The notes under the pieces are model-generated. The model saw nothing but the letters and a program-made list of their open reading frames with translations, was not told the DNA's origin and made no database searches. Shown here one piece after another: positions 27,911 to 41,386 of a stretch of DNA of 51,502 bases (the first letter of the stretch is position 1; each line of letters opens with the position of its first letter). Made by a program: the position numbers and the translations under genes. Origin of the DNA: Escherichia coli. Its GTDB lineage: Bacteria; Pseudomonadota; Gammaproteobacteria; Enterobacterales; Enterobacteriaceae. Location: the NCBI RefSeq assembly GCF_048403405.1, contig NZ_CP183133.1; one strand, written 5' to 3'.

Positions 27911-28867
27911 TTATCGCATTCTCACAAGCAGCCAGACAAACCACGGTGCGCCGATAATGGCGGTCAGCACGCCTGCCGGAAGCTCCAGCGGCGGATGAAT
28001 GATTCGTGCCAGCAGATCGGCAATGACCAGCAACAACGCGCCCGTCAGGGCCGAAACGGGCATCAGCCAGCGGTGACGCCCGCCGGCGATCCTGCGCACC
28101 ATGTGCGGCACGACGAGACCAATAAAACTTATCGGGCCACAGACGGCCACGCCGGTTGCTGTCATCGCGACAGCCAGCATCAGCCCCTGGAACCGGGTGC
28201 GCTGAACCGACACGCCGAGCGTGGCTGCTCGTGCATCGCCCAGCGCCAGCAGGTCGAGATCGCGACAAAAGCGCAGGCTCAGCGGCAAAAACAGAATGAG
28301 CAACGGCACGGCAATCTTCACAAAGTGCCAGTCGCGCCCCCATAAGCTACCCGTCAGCCACAGCAGGGCACTGTTTACATCCTGCGGGTGCAGGAGCATC
28401 AGGTAATCCGTCAGGCTCGCCCAGCAGGCGGAAAGCGCCACGCCGGTGAGCGCCAGCTTCATCGGCTGGTGGGTCTTTGCCAGCATCTTCAGCAAGATCA
28501 ACCCCGCCATACCGCCCGCAAAGGCCAGCAGCGGCAGCACCATCACGGATAGTGATGGCATAAGAAGCAGTGCTCCCACAGAGGCAAGGCTGGCGGCATG
28601 GTTAATGCCGAGAATATCCGGTGATGCTAGCGGGTTACGCACAATCCCCTGTACCAGCACGCCCGCCACGGCGAGGGCTGCACCGACAAACAGTGCCAGC
28701 AGCAAGCGCGGCAGTCGGTACTCCATCAATACATAATAATGCTCGCGTCCGTCCTGCCAGTCGGTCAGCAGCGCGCGCCACGGCACGGGGATCACCCCCA
28801 TATGGAGTGATAACAGCGCACAGCCTGCCAGGGCAAGGGTGATGAAAATGACCAGCGCAATTTTCAT
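27911..28867 (-). CDS. fecD: Ferric citrate ABC transporter permease FecD
   Basis: Start at MKIALVIFITLALAG, overlapping the fecC stop (ATGA); the 524-aa track ORF is an upstream extension. Confidence 0.85.
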   Translation of the reverse strand: MKIALVIFITLALAGCALLSLHMGVIPVPWRALLTDWQDGREHYYVLMEYRLPRLLLALFVGAALAVAGVLVQGIVRNPLASPDILGINHAASLASVGALLLMPSLSVMVLPLLAFAGGMAGLILLKMLAKTHQPMKLALTGVALSACWASLTDYLMLLHPQDVNSALLWLTGSLWGRDWHFVKIAVPLLILFLPLSLRFCRDLDLLALGDARAATLGVSVQRTRFQGLMLAVAMTATGVAVCGPISFIGLVVPHMVRRIAGGRHRWLMPVSALTGALLLVIADLLARIIHPPLELPAGVLTAIIGAPWFVWLLVRMR

Positions 28868-29862
28868 CCTCGCCTCCTCACCAGCCAGACAAAGCAAGGA
28901 CTGCCAATCAGCGCCAGCACTGCGCCTGCGGGCAGATCGCCGGGGAAGGCCAGCGCGCGTGCGAGTACATCTGCCATCAGCATCAGCGTGGCCCCCAGCA
29001 GCATGCTCACCGGCAGTACGTTGCGCTGATCGAAGCCTGCCCAGAAGCGCGCCAGATGTGGCACCAGCAGGCTGATAAACGCCACCGGACCTGCCACACT
29101 GACGCACGCGCCAACCAGAAGCAGCACTAACATATTGATGATCAAACGTAGTCTCGGCAGGTTCACTCCCAGCGTATGGGCGGTACTGTCGCTGACGTTG
29201 AGCAGGTTCAGTTGATTCGCCAGCAGCAACACGACAGGGACTGCAGTGACCACCACCGGCAAGAGCTGCCAGACATCCTGCCAGTGGGCGTGGGACACTC
29301 CGCCTGCCAGCCAGTAAAAGATGCCGTAAGCATGATCTTCGGCCAGCAGCAGGGTGATGCGGGTCAGGGCCATACAAAAGGCCGACAGCGCGATACCCGC
29401 GAGGATCAGTTTGTTTCTGTCCTGGGTATGACGAAACCCGCCTCCTGCGGTCATGACCAGCAGCCAGCTCACGCCGCCCCCGCATGCCGCGATGAACGAC
29501 AGGGAATAGCCTGCAACCGGCGTCGGACTCAGCGCGCTGGTAAGCGCCATAGCCAGCGCCGCGCCGCTGTTAATGCCGAGCAGTGAAGGAGAGGCCATTG
29601 GGTTGTGGGTCAGGGTTTGCAGCAGCGTGCCCGCGAGCGCCAGGCTTGCGCCGATCAGAACGGCGACCAAGCTTCGCGGCAAACGAAGGTTTTGCACCAG
29701 CGCTTCTGGTAGCGTTGGCGTGTGTCCAGGCAGCAGGGCGCGGATTGCGTCTGCTCCGGAAACAGGAATGGCCGAGTAGCAAAACAGACTCAGCCAGAAA
29801 ATAATAATAAGTACTGCAACGGGAAGCCCCCACAGCAGCACCGGGTGTTTTAGCGCGGTCAT
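28864..29862 (-). CDS. fecC: Ferric citrate ABC transporter permease FecC
   Basis: 332-aa FecCD-family permease. Confidence 0.85.
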   Translation of the reverse strand: MTALKHPVLLWGLPVAVLIIIFWLSLFCYSAIPVSGADAIRALLPGHTPTLPEALVQNLRLPRSLVAVLIGASLALAGTLLQTLTHNPMASPSLLGINSGAALAMALTSALSPTPVAGYSLSFIAACGGGVSWLLVMTAGGGFRHTQDRNKLILAGIALSAFCMALTRITLLLAEDHAYGIFYWLAGGVSHAHWQDVWQLLPVVVTAVPVVLLLANQLNLLNVSDSTAHTLGVNLPRLRLIINMLVLLLVGACVSVAGPVAFISLLVPHLARFWAGFDQRNVLPVSMLLGATLMLMADVLARALAFPGDLPAGAVLALIGSPCFVWLVRRRG

Positions 29863-30767
29863 TTCACATCGGTAAGCGGCTGATGGTGGAAGATTTTTAC
29901 CGTGTCAGCGGCAATACGCTCTGCGGCAAAAATACCGCGCATCCGCGCCCAGGCGTTACTGTCGACTGAAGCAACCTGCTGCTTCTGCGCGGCGGTTAAT
30001 ATCTGCCAGAGCGGATCTTGTTGCCAGCGTTTAACAATGCTCTCTTCGCGATAGTGGGCAACCAGCAGCCAGGCAGGATTGACCGCCAGCAGTTGCTCCA
30101 GGCCGATGGACGGCATGGACGCGCCCGCCATCGCAGCGGGAACATTCAGCCCCAGAGAAGCCAGCACGCTGCCGGTCCAGGTCTCCTGGGTATGCAGGTT
30201 GAATAGCTGTTCGCGTGATGTGCCAAAGGCCACGCGTGTCCCTGTGGGAAGCTGGCTGGCCCACTGCGCCATCTTCTCTTTATGTTGTTCCAGACGCGCC
30301 TGCATCTCTCGTTTTTTACCTACCACTTCGCCGATGATAGCCGCTGAGTGCAAATTTTCAGCGTAGGTTTCGTTGCGGGACTTAAGCAGCAGTACCGGCG
30401 CGATTTGCTGCAAGGCGGTGTAAATCCCCGCATGGCGACTGCTGTCGGCAATGATCAGGTCTGGTTTCAGGGCAGCAATGGCTTCCAGGCTCGGCTGCGC
30501 GCGCGTTCCGACGGACTGCCACGGTTTCAGGTGCGCACGCACTTCGGGCATGATGCGTTTTGCATCGTTATCGTCGGCAATACCGATCGGGCTGACGTCC
30601 ACGGCGGCCAGCGCATCGGCGAACGAGAGTTCCAGCACCACAATCCGTTGTGGCGTTTTATCGAGTGTAAACGTGCCGTGTTCGTCCTGAACCGTGGCGG
30701 CAAAGGCGTGGCCGATCACCAGCAGCAGGCCTGCAAAAATAAAACGGATAAATGCCAACATAGTCAC
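29859..30767 (-). CDS. fecB: Periplasmic ferric citrate-binding protein FecB
   Basis: 302 aa with signal peptide; siderophore-type periplasmic binding fold. Confidence 0.85.
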   Translation of the reverse strand: MTMLAFIRFIFAGLLLVIGHAFAATVQDEHGTFTLDKTPQRIVVLELSFADALAAVDVSPIGIADDNDAKRIMPEVRAHLKPWQSVGTRAQPSLEAIAALKPDLIIADSSRHAGIYTALQQIAPVLLLKSRNETYAENLHSAAIIGEVVGKKREMQARLEQHKEKMAQWASQLPTGTRVAFGTSREQLFNLHTQETWTGSVLASLGLNVPAAMAGASMPSIGLEQLLAVNPAWLLVAHYREESIVKRWQQDPLWQILTAAQKQQVASVDSNAWARMRGIFAAERIAADTVKIFHHQPLTDVK

Positions 30768-30805
30768 ATTCCAGCTAAAAGCCCGGCAAGCCGGGCGTTA
30801 ACACA

Positions 30806-34166
<3,361 letters not shown>

Positions 34167-34170
<4 letters not shown>

Positions 34171-34688
34171 AACCCATGCTCCAGACGAAACAGCAGGCAG
34201 TGCTCGACGGCTTTCGCCACGTATTTTTTCACGGAGCTGACGGAAACACCGAGTTTGTGCGCAATCTCGCTGTATGTCAGGCCATCCAGTTGCGAAAGCA
34301 GAAACGCTTCACGTGTTTTTCCGTTTAGCCCGTCCAGCATGCTGTCGACGAGTTGTAGGGTCTCGAGCTGGCTTTCGCGTTCCTCAGGTGAAGGCGCTCC
34401 CCCCTCCGGCATAAGCGCCAGCATCTCCAGATACGCTTTTTCCAGCGCGTTTCGGCGAAACAGGTCCACCATCACGCGTTTGGCGATAGTGCACAGGAAA
34501 GAGCGAGGATCGCGGATCGTCGAGAGCGTTTCGCTGCTCATTACCCGCAAAAAAGTGTCCTGGGCAATGTCATCTGCATCAAAGGCAGACTGGAGTTTGC
34601 GCGTCAGCCAACTTTTCAACCAGCCGTGATGGGTGCCATAAAGCGACTCGAACGTTAAGGAAGCTGTGGTAGTGGCACGGTCAGACAT
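34167..34688 (-). CDS. fecI: ECF sigma factor FecI
   Basis: 173 aa, [28 protein letters not shown]…. Confidence 0.9.
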
Positions 34689-34731
34689 GCGGAGTGCATC
34701 AAAAGTTAATTATCACGTAGCCATATTAATA

Positions 34732-34750
34732 TGAGAATGGTTATCATTAC
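34732..34750 (-). promoter_or_regulatory. Fur-box-like site upstream of fecI
   Basis: TGAGAATGGTTATCATTAC resembles the GATAATGATAATCATTATC consensus. Confidence 0.45.
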
Positions 34751-34890
34751 AATTGGAAATAAAATTGTTTCCAATAAACATTTTTAACATGTTGTTTTTC
34801 TAAGTGTTATAAGGTAGGTATAAAATGGGATGGATCCTCTGCTTCTGGCATCTGTCGGTCAGAATGACATCATGATGTGGTCTGCTATTA

Positions 34891-34930
34891 TTGACATCCT
34901 CCCCGCCCTTTAGGGCGGGGAGGATGTCAA
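34891..34930. repeat. Perfect 18-bp-arm palindrome TTGACATCCTCCCCGCCC-TTTA-GGGCGGGGAGGATGTCAA
   Basis: Seen directly; intergenic upstream of the fecI promoter. Confidence 0.8.
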
Positions 34931-35139
34931 CTATGAGTGTTGCCTGAAATGTCGCCAGCCCCCGGTACAGCAGAAGTATCTCGGGCTTTCTGCGTTTGCT
35001 CCTGGTGGGTATGGCCCCCGCAAGCGGGGGTTATTGCTAACTGTCGTTTCAACAAAAAGTAACTTTTTTCACTTTGCCCCTCAGTACAAATTAGGGGCTT
35101 GCCGCGGATGTACCATGCCTGAATATCTTCGAGTGATGA

Positions 35140-35167
35140 TTTGGTGCGGCTTTGTTGAATAAATCAG
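35140..35167. mobile_element. IS903 terminal remnant (about 28 bp of the IR end)
   Basis: GGCTTTGTTGAATAAATCAGATTTCGGG matches the IS903 end, then diverges. Confidence 0.6.
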
Positions 35168-35640
35168 ATTTCGGGTTCCACCTGACTGACCTGCTGCCAG
35201 AGCGGGGCGTGATGCTCCGGCCCGGTCTGCCAGCCGGATGCAGCCGAACAGAGACGGTGCGATGCCATCTGCTGCTCATTACTGTAGATCCGCAGTTCAT
35301 CATCCAGCGAAATCCGTATTGATACCGGCTGGCCACACAGGCTTTCCGGCACGCTGTAACGGTTTCCGCCAACCTCGATATAGCCATCCCAGGAGACATG
35401 ACGGATATCGAAGTAGCTGGTATCGAAGTCCGTATCCGGCAACGGCTGCAGATGCTCCTGTTCCTGCGTGAAGCGCTGTTCCGGTGTCTGCCTGAACTGG
35501 CGAAGTTCCCGCCTGTCGGCAACGTCAGCCATCCACTGCTCCAGTAGCTGATTAACCTGGGCGAAGCTGTCGAACCGGCGGTACCGGACGAAGAAGTTCT
35601 CCTTGAGGTATTTCACCATCCGCTCCACCTTACCTTTGGT
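35164..35640 (-). pseudogene. DDE transposase C-terminal fragment (IS21 IstA-like)
   Basis: Frame begins …RARTKGKVERMVKYLKENFF… and contains …GNRYSVPESLCGQPVSI…; no intact start. Confidence 0.45.
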
Positions 35641-35649
35641 TCTGGCCCT

Positions 35650-35910
35650 TTATGCTGACTCATTATTTCTGGCCATAAAGGTTCTGGCAGTGCCATCTTT
35701 CGGGTCAACAAAGGTAATATCTTCAGGAGCACGACGAGGGCTGGCCAATGACAGAAATATTACGGGTTCTTCAAGAAGGGTTGGTAATGCATGGACAACA
35801 TTACGCTCGAAAAAAAGCACGTGGCCGGGGGCAAATTCGGCTTCGTCACGAGGATCTTCCATCCAGAGCGTCCCCATGAATCCCTGAATAACCTGACGCC
35901 GGAGGATCAC
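35650..35910 (-). pseudogene. Possible cupin-like protein fragment
   Basis: ORF …EDPRDEAEFAPGHVLFFERNVVHALP…; weak assignment. Confidence 0.2.
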
Positions 35911-36181
35911 CTGCTGATGGCTGAAAAACCGGAACTCTCAAAAAGTGCGTGGAACTAAAACAGGTGTGCATTACTCCACCTCATGTTGAAGAGACCAGAC
36001 TGCATCAGAAAATTGCACCATAACTGAGCAAGCCGCATCCCATTGGTGCAAAAGTGTCTCCAAAAATAAATAATCCATTGATTTAACTGTGCTTTAAAAA
36101 TGGCATGAATTTTTCATGTCGGGTATATGCAAGCAGGGGCAACCCTTAAGCCTTGAATCCATTAAATATCGACAGGTAATG

Positions 36182-36223
36182 AAGCCTGATTGTCCTAATA
36201 AGGACAATCAGGCTTTTTTATTA
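36182..36223 (+). terminator. Intrinsic terminator hairpin in the leader of the amiC-like operon (candidate ANTAR-controlled terminator)
   Basis: AAGCCTGATTGTCC-TAATAA-GGACAATCAGGCTT followed by TTTTTATT; 20 bp upstream of the amiC-like start. Confidence 0.55.
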
Positions 36224-36242
36224 ATGCAGAGAGCAAACATAC

Positions 36243-37370
36243 GTGCAAACTATTGATATTGGAATTTTGCTTTCCACAGAAGGTACCTACAGCCACCTGG
36301 CGAACAGCACACTGCTTGGTGCGCGCCATGCCTTAGAGGAAATCAATGCCGATCCTGCTTATCCTTTTCAGCTGCGGGCCCGACATATCAACCCTGCGGG
36401 TGAACTCGCAGCCTACAGTGAAGCGGTGAGCACCTTTATCGCTCACGGCATCCGCCATATCTTCGGAACCATTACCTCTGCCAGTCGGAAGGAGATTATC
36501 CCGGACCTGGAGCAGCATAACCTGCTGCTGTGGTATGGCTGTCCTTACGAGGGGTTCGAGAGCTGCGAGCAGGTCGTATATCTGGGCGGTTGTCCGAACC
36601 AGACTCTGCTGCCACTCCTGCGGCTGGCGCTGGATATGTTCGGAAATCGCTCCTGGCTGATCGGCTCTAACTACGTCTGGGGCTGGGAAAGCAATCGTAT
36701 CGCCCGTGAGGTAGTGGAAGGTTCCGGCGGTACGGTGGTGGGCGAAAAATATCTGCACCTGAGAAACAGCAACGTGACCGAGTTGATTGAGGCGATTCTC
36801 AGCACAGAGGTAGATTTTGTACTCAATAACCTGGTAGGCGAAACCTCTTATGCGTTTCTGCGCGCACTGGACGAGGCCTGTCTTCGCGATCGGCGGACGT
36901 TAGCGGTGCTCAGCTGTAATTTTACCGAAGCCGAAGTCGCCGAAGTCGCGCCACTAAGGGCGGTACGTTTGCTTTCCTGCGGACCGTTTTTTGAGAGCGT
37001 CGATCTCGATTTTTGCGCGCGGCAGCACCTGCAACATGGCGCACAGCGCATCTCCCACTACTATATCGGCGGCTGGCGGGCAGTAAGGTTGTTTGCCAAT
37101 AGCCTGCGCGAGGCCGGAAACAGCGAGCCGGGTGCGGTGCTGGCGGCACTGCATCGTCAGCACGACGTTGATTCTCCGGGCGCTCGCTCAGTAATGGCTC
37201 GAAACAACCACGCCTGTTTGCCCTGCTACATCGCTGAGTTGCAACAAACTTGCTTTCAGATACTGCATCGCGAACCGCTGCCGGTTATGCCCGATCCCTA
37301 TCTCTCCGCGACCGAGCTACGTGAAAGCCGAACGGTTGCAGCCAGACCTGCTCTGAGGATTGTTAAATGA
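36243..37370 (+). CDS. AmiC-like periplasmic-binding-fold ligand sensor (negative regulator partner of the ANTAR protein)
   Basis: GTG start; translation …LLWYGCPYEGFESCEQVVYLGGCPNQTLLPL…IGSNYVWGWESNRIAR… parallels P. aeruginosa AmiC as I recall it. Confidence 0.7.
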   Translation: MQTIDIGILLSTEGTYSHLANSTLLGARHALEEINADPAYPFQLRARHINPAGELAAYSEAVSTFIAHGIRHIFGTITSASRKEIIPDLEQHNLLLWYGCPYEGFESCEQVVYLGGCPNQTLLPLLRLALDMFGNRSWLIGSNYVWGWESNRIAREVVEGSGGTVVGEKYLHLRNSNVTELIEAILSTEVDFVLNNLVGETSYAFLRALDEACLRDRRTLAVLSCNFTEAEVAEVAPLRAVRLLSCGPFFESVDLDFCARQHLQHGAQRISHYYIGGWRAVRLFANSLREAGNSEPGAVLAALHRQHDVDSPGARSVMARNNHACLPCYIAELQQTCFQILHREPLPVMPDPYLSATELRESRTVAARPALRIVK

Positions 37371-37960
37371 AAACGCTGCTGTCCCCGGATTTAGATGCTC
37401 AGCCGCTCCTGCTGGTAGACTGTGAAGCAAGGAGTCGCGAAGCGCTGGAAAAAAACCTGACGCGGATGGGTATCCGCTGGCATCACCTGACCGGAGATGA
37501 GGCTTTACCTCCTCTCACCCCCTGTGCAGTACTGGTGGAACTGGAGGCATTCGCCAGCCCGCTAACCCTGAGCCAGATCAATCTGGCCGGAATACCGGTG
37601 ATCGCGCTGACCTCACATGAGGGACTTTACCAGGTACAGCGCGCGCTGGAGTTAGGGGCAACAGCGCTCCTTACCAAGCCTATTACACAGCGAGCCATCT
37701 ATACCACCCTGATGATGGCAGTGGGGCTGCGTCAGCAGTTGCATGACATTCAACAGCAACAGATGCTACTGCGCCAGCGTCTGGCAGCAATGCCGCAGAT
37801 TACCCAAGCTCTGGCGGCCCAGATGCAAGCGGAAAGTATTGATGAACAACAGGCATGGGTTCGCCTGCGCTCGGAATCAATGTGTACGAACCAGTCGGTG
37901 GCACAGGTGGCGCAGAAGTGGCTGCTACGAATGTCGTCCGGCAAGCGGGGAGCACAATGA
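37367..37960 (+). CDS. AmiR-like ANTAR-domain transcription antiterminator
   Basis: N-terminal pseudo-receiver; C-terminal ANTAR-like segment …ITQALAAQMQAESIDEQQAWVRLRSESMCTNQSVAQVAQKWL…; stop overlaps the next start (ATGA). Confidence 0.65.
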   Translation: MKTLLSPDLDAQPLLLVDCEARSREALEKNLTRMGIRWHHLTGDEALPPLTPCAVLVELEAFASPLTLSQINLAGIPVIALTSHEGLYQVQRALELGATALLTKPITQRAIYTTLMMAVGLRQQLHDIQQQQMLLRQRLAAMPQITQALAAQMQAESIDEQQAWVRLRSESMCTNQSVAQVAQKWLLRMSSGKRGAQ

Positions 37961-38805
37961 ATAGAGTCGGATATTTTCTGCGCCGGCCAGCCCTGCTGCT
38001 CTCGCTGCTGTTTATTCTCCTGGTGGTGATGAGCGCGCTGTTTGCCCCCTGGCTCACCCCCTTCGATCCCGATGAACAGTTTGTCGAGGGACTGAGCCTG
38101 GAAGGCGCACCGCTTTCTCCCAACAGCACTTACTGGCTGGGAACCGATCTGCTGGGACGCGATCTCTTCTCGCGTTTAATTTACGGAGCTCGTACTTCGT
38201 TACTCATCGGTGTTGTCGCCAACGGCACTGCAGTACTGATCGGCGTCCTGGTAGGGCTTAGCGCAGGTTATCTGCAGGGGCGTATCGGAGGGCTGCTGAT
38301 GCGCTTTACCGATCTGATGATGGCGTTTCCCGCACTGCTGCTGGCGATTGCCCTGGCGGCGATTTTCCAGCCAAGTGTCTGGATCGTGTCCCTGGTGATC
38401 GCCATGGTGAACTGGGTGCAGATCGCCAGGGTTATCTACGCCGAAACTAGCGCGCTTAGCGCCCGCGACTTTATCGCCGTGGAACGCACCCTGGGGGCCG
38501 GAACGTTGCGTATTCTCGGCGTGCATTTAATTCCACATCTGGCGCCAACGGTGCTGGTCTGGGCCACACTAGGCATCTCCACCACAGTCCTGCTGGAAGC
38601 TACTCTATCGTTCCTCGGGGTGGGGGTACAGCCGCCAACGCCGAGTTGGGGCAACATCATCTTTGAAAGCCAGAGCTATTTTACTTCGGCTCCCTGGCTG
38701 GTGTTCTTTCCCGGCGCGGCGATTGTGCTGCTGTCGCTCTCTTTCAATATCGCTGGTGACGCCCTGCGCGACGCCCTCGATCCCGGCTTAAAAGGACGAA
38801 ACTAA
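37957..38805 (+). CDS. ABC transporter permease (DppC/OppC-like)
   Basis: Start at MNRVGYFLRR; multiple TM segments; the track ORF from 37855 is an upstream extension. Confidence 0.8.
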   Translation: MNRVGYFLRRPALLLSLLFILLVVMSALFAPWLTPFDPDEQFVEGLSLEGAPLSPNSTYWLGTDLLGRDLFSRLIYGARTSLLIGVVANGTAVLIGVLVGLSAGYLQGRIGGLLMRFTDLMMAFPALLLAIALAAIFQPSVWIVSLVIAMVNWVQIARVIYAETSALSARDFIAVERTLGAGTLRILGVHLIPHLAPTVLVWATLGISTTVLLEATLSFLGVGVQPPTPSWGNIIFESQSYFTSAPWLVFFPGAAIVLLSLSFNIAGDALRDALDPGLKGRN

Positions 38806-39725
38806 TGCTATTTCTGGGAAAACGTCTGTTGCATGCCGGGCTGATCCTGCTTGGCGTTACGTTGATCTGCTATTTGCTGCTGTTTATGTTGCCCGCCGAT
38901 CCAGCGCGCCAAATCGCCGGGCGCAGTGCCACGCCGGAAGTAGTCGAAAACATCCGCCATCAGTTGGGGTTGGATCTTCCGTTTTATCAGCAATATTGGC
39001 GTTATCTGCAGGGGCTGCTGCACGGCGATCTGGGACGCTCGTTTATTCAGCGCAGCGAAGTGAGTGAACTGGTTTCCGCCCGTATCGGGCCGTCACTGCA
39101 GCTGATGGCGGCGGGTATTCTCTGCGAGTTGGTACTGGGGATCGCACTCGGCACCCTGGCGGCGTTAAAACGCGGCGGGCTGGCGGACCGGCTTCTGATG
39201 GCGCTCTCCTTTATCGGTGTTTCGGCGCCGCAGTTCATCGCCGCGATGCTTTTTCTCTATCTTTTCGCCGTGGTACTCAACTGGTTCCCGATGGGAGGCT
39301 ATGGCGGCTTCAGCCATCTGGCGCTACCGGCGCTAACCCTCGGCCTGCTCGGCAGCGGCTGGTATTCACGCATGTTGCGCTCGTCGATGATTGAGGTGCT
39401 GCATCAGGATTTTATCCGTACCGCGCGGGCCAAAGGGCTGGGCCGAACCCGCGTACTGCTGCGTCACGTGCTGCCGAATGCCGTGCTGCCGCTAATTCCG
39501 ATGATAGGCATTGATATCGGCATTTTTATGGGCGGACTGGTGGTAGTCGAATCGGTCTTTGGCTGGCCGGGTATCGGTCAGCTGGCCTGGCAGGCGATTC
39601 AACAGGTGGATATCCCGGTGATTGTCGGGGTAACCACCGTGTCAGCGGTTGCCATTGTTGGCGGCAACCTTATTGCGGATCTGGTGCTGCCGTGGGTCGA
39701 TCCGCGCATTGATGTCAAAAAGTAG
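38805..39725 (+). CDS. ABC transporter permease (DppB/OppB-like)
   Basis: 306 aa, multi-pass membrane permease. Confidence 0.85.
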   Translation: MLFLGKRLLHAGLILLGVTLICYLLLFMLPADPARQIAGRSATPEVVENIRHQLGLDLPFYQQYWRYLQGLLHGDLGRSFIQRSEVSELVSARIGPSLQLMAAGILCELVLGIALGTLAALKRGGLADRLLMALSFIGVSAPQFIAAMLFLYLFAVVLNWFPMGGYGGFSHLALPALTLGLLGSGWYSRMLRSSMIEVLHQDFIRTARAKGLGRTRVLLRHVLPNAVLPLIPMIGIDIGIFMGGLVVVESVFGWPGIGQLAWQAIQQVDIPVIVGVTTVSAVAIVGGNLIADLVLPWVDPRIDVKK

Positions 39726-39734
39726 CAGGGGAAG

Positions 39735-41342
39735 ATGATGAAAAATGCGTTATTGACAATGGCGGTGGCCGCGGCCTGTTTCTCTTATGGCGCGCAGGCT
39801 GACGAGAAGACCGGCGGCGATATCGTGGTGACCTACCAGAACGACGTGGCGACCCTCGATCCGGCCATTGGCTATGACTGGCAAAACTGGTCGATGATCA
39901 AAAGCCTGTTCGACGGCCTGATGGACTATCGTCCCGGCACCACCGAGTTGGTGAACGACCTGGCGGAGAGCTACGCCATTTCCGAGGACGGCAAGGTCTA
40001 CACCTTTGTGCTACGCAAAGGGGTGAAATTCCACAACGGCCGCGAGGTCACGGCGGCGGACGTGAAATATTCTCTGGAACGCACAGTCAACCCGAAAACC
40101 CAAAGTCCGGGCGCCGGGTTCTTCAGTCCCATCGCGGGCTATGACGAGGAGGCTAGCGGTAAAAGCACGACCCTGAGCGGTATCGAGGTCGTCGACGATC
40201 ATACGGTAAAAATCACTCTGAAAGAGCCCAACGCCACCTTCCTGCATGTGCTGGCGCTGAACTTTGCCTCGGTGGTTCCCCGTGAGGAGGTGGAGAAATG
40301 GGGTGCCGACTTCGGCAAGCATCCGGTCGGCAGCGGCGCGTTTGAGCTCCAGGAGTGGAAGCTGGGCCAGGAGCTGATCTTCCGCAAAAACCCGAACTAC
40401 TTTAAAGCCGGCGTGCCGCGGCTGGATCACATAAAGTTCGAAATGGGACAGGATCCCTCGGTCGCTCTGCTGCGGCTGGAAAAAGGCGAAGTGGATATTG
40501 CCGGCGACGGCGTACCGCCCGCACAGTTTCTGTCGTTTAAAAACAACCCGGCCTATAAGGGCCTGATGGTCACCGGCGACCAGTTGCAGACCGGCTACGT
40601 GACGATGAAAACCACGCTGCCGCCTTTCGATAATCTCAAAGTCCGCCAGGCGGTGAACATGGCGGTCAACAAAGATCGCATCGTGCGCATCATTAATGGA
40701 CGCGCGGCGCCGGCCAACCAGCCACTGCCACCCGCCATGCCCGGTTATGACAAGGCATATCAGGGTTTCAGCTACGACCCGGCAAAAGCGAAGCAACTGC
40801 TCAGCGAAGCGGGTTTCCCCAACGGTTTTGCTACCGAACTGTACGTGATGAATACCGATCCGCAGCCGCGTATCGCTCAGTCTATCCAGCAGGATCTGGC
40901 CAAAGTGGGCATCCACGCCAGCATCAAATCCCTGGCGCAGGCGAATGTGATTGCGGCGGGCGGCTCCGCCAGCCAAGCGCCGATGGTCTGGTCCGGCGGC
41001 ATGGCGTGGATCGCCGATTTCCCGGATCCCTCCAACTTCTATGGCCCGATCCTCGGCTGCGCCGGGGCGGTAGAGGGCGGCTGGAACTGGGCGCGCTACT
41101 GCAACAAAGCGCTGGACGCGCAGGCGGCCGCGGCGGACAGCATGGTGAAACCCGACCAGCAGGACGCGCGCATTGAAGCCTGGCGCAAAATCTTCATCAC
41201 TGCAATGGATGACGCGCCCTGGGTGCCGGTATTCAACGAGAAGCGCTACACCGTACATTCCGCACGCATGGGGGGCGAGGACGCGCTGTATGTCGATCCA
41301 GTGCATGTACCAGTCAACTACGACTATATCGGACTGAAATAA
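39735..41342 (+). CDS. ABC transporter substrate-binding protein (family 5, DppA/OppA-like)
   Basis: 535 aa with signal peptide MMKNALLTMAVAAACFSYGAQA. Confidence 0.85.
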   Translation: MMKNALLTMAVAAACFSYGAQADEKTGGDIVVTYQNDVATLDPAIGYDWQNWSMIKSLFDGLMDYRPGTTELVNDLAESYAISEDGKVYTFVLRKGVKFHNGREVTAADVKYSLERTVNPKTQSPGAGFFSPIAGYDEEASGKSTTLSGIEVVDDHTVKITLKEPNATFLHVLALNFASVVPREEVEKWGADFGKHPVGSGAFELQEWKLGQELIFRKNPNYFKAGVPRLDHIKFEMGQDPSVALLRLEKGEVDIAGDGVPPAQFLSFKNNPAYKGLMVTGDQLQTGYVTMKTTLPPFDNLKVRQAVNMAVNKDRIVRIINGRAAPANQPLPPAMPGYDKAYQGFSYDPAKAKQLLSEAGFPNGFATELYVMNTDPQPRIAQSIQQDLAKVGIHASIKSLAQANVIAAGGSASQAPMVWSGGMAWIADFPDPSNFYGPILGCAGAVEGGWNWARYCNKALDAQAAAADSMVKPDQQDARIEAWRKIFITAMDDAPWVPVFNEKRYTVHSARMGGEDALYVDPVHVPVNYDYIGLK

Positions 41343-41386
41343 TTTGATGGCGCCGGGACGGCGCCGCTGCTTAAAGGAGAGTCAGG

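Noticed and set aside
27911-29485. 524-aa ORF
   Set aside because: The N-terminal 206 residues are an out-of-frame overlap with fecC; the real fecD starts at MKIALV (28867).
37855-38805. 316-aa ORF start for the first permease, and the 627-aa start at 42192 for the ATPase
   Set aside because: Upstream extensions overlap the preceding genes; RBS-supported starts are 37957 and 42342.
40011-41306. 431-aa minus-strand ORF inside the substrate-binding-protein gene, and 42354..43397 inside the ATPase gene
   Set aside because: Antisense to clearly coding genes in a high-GC region.
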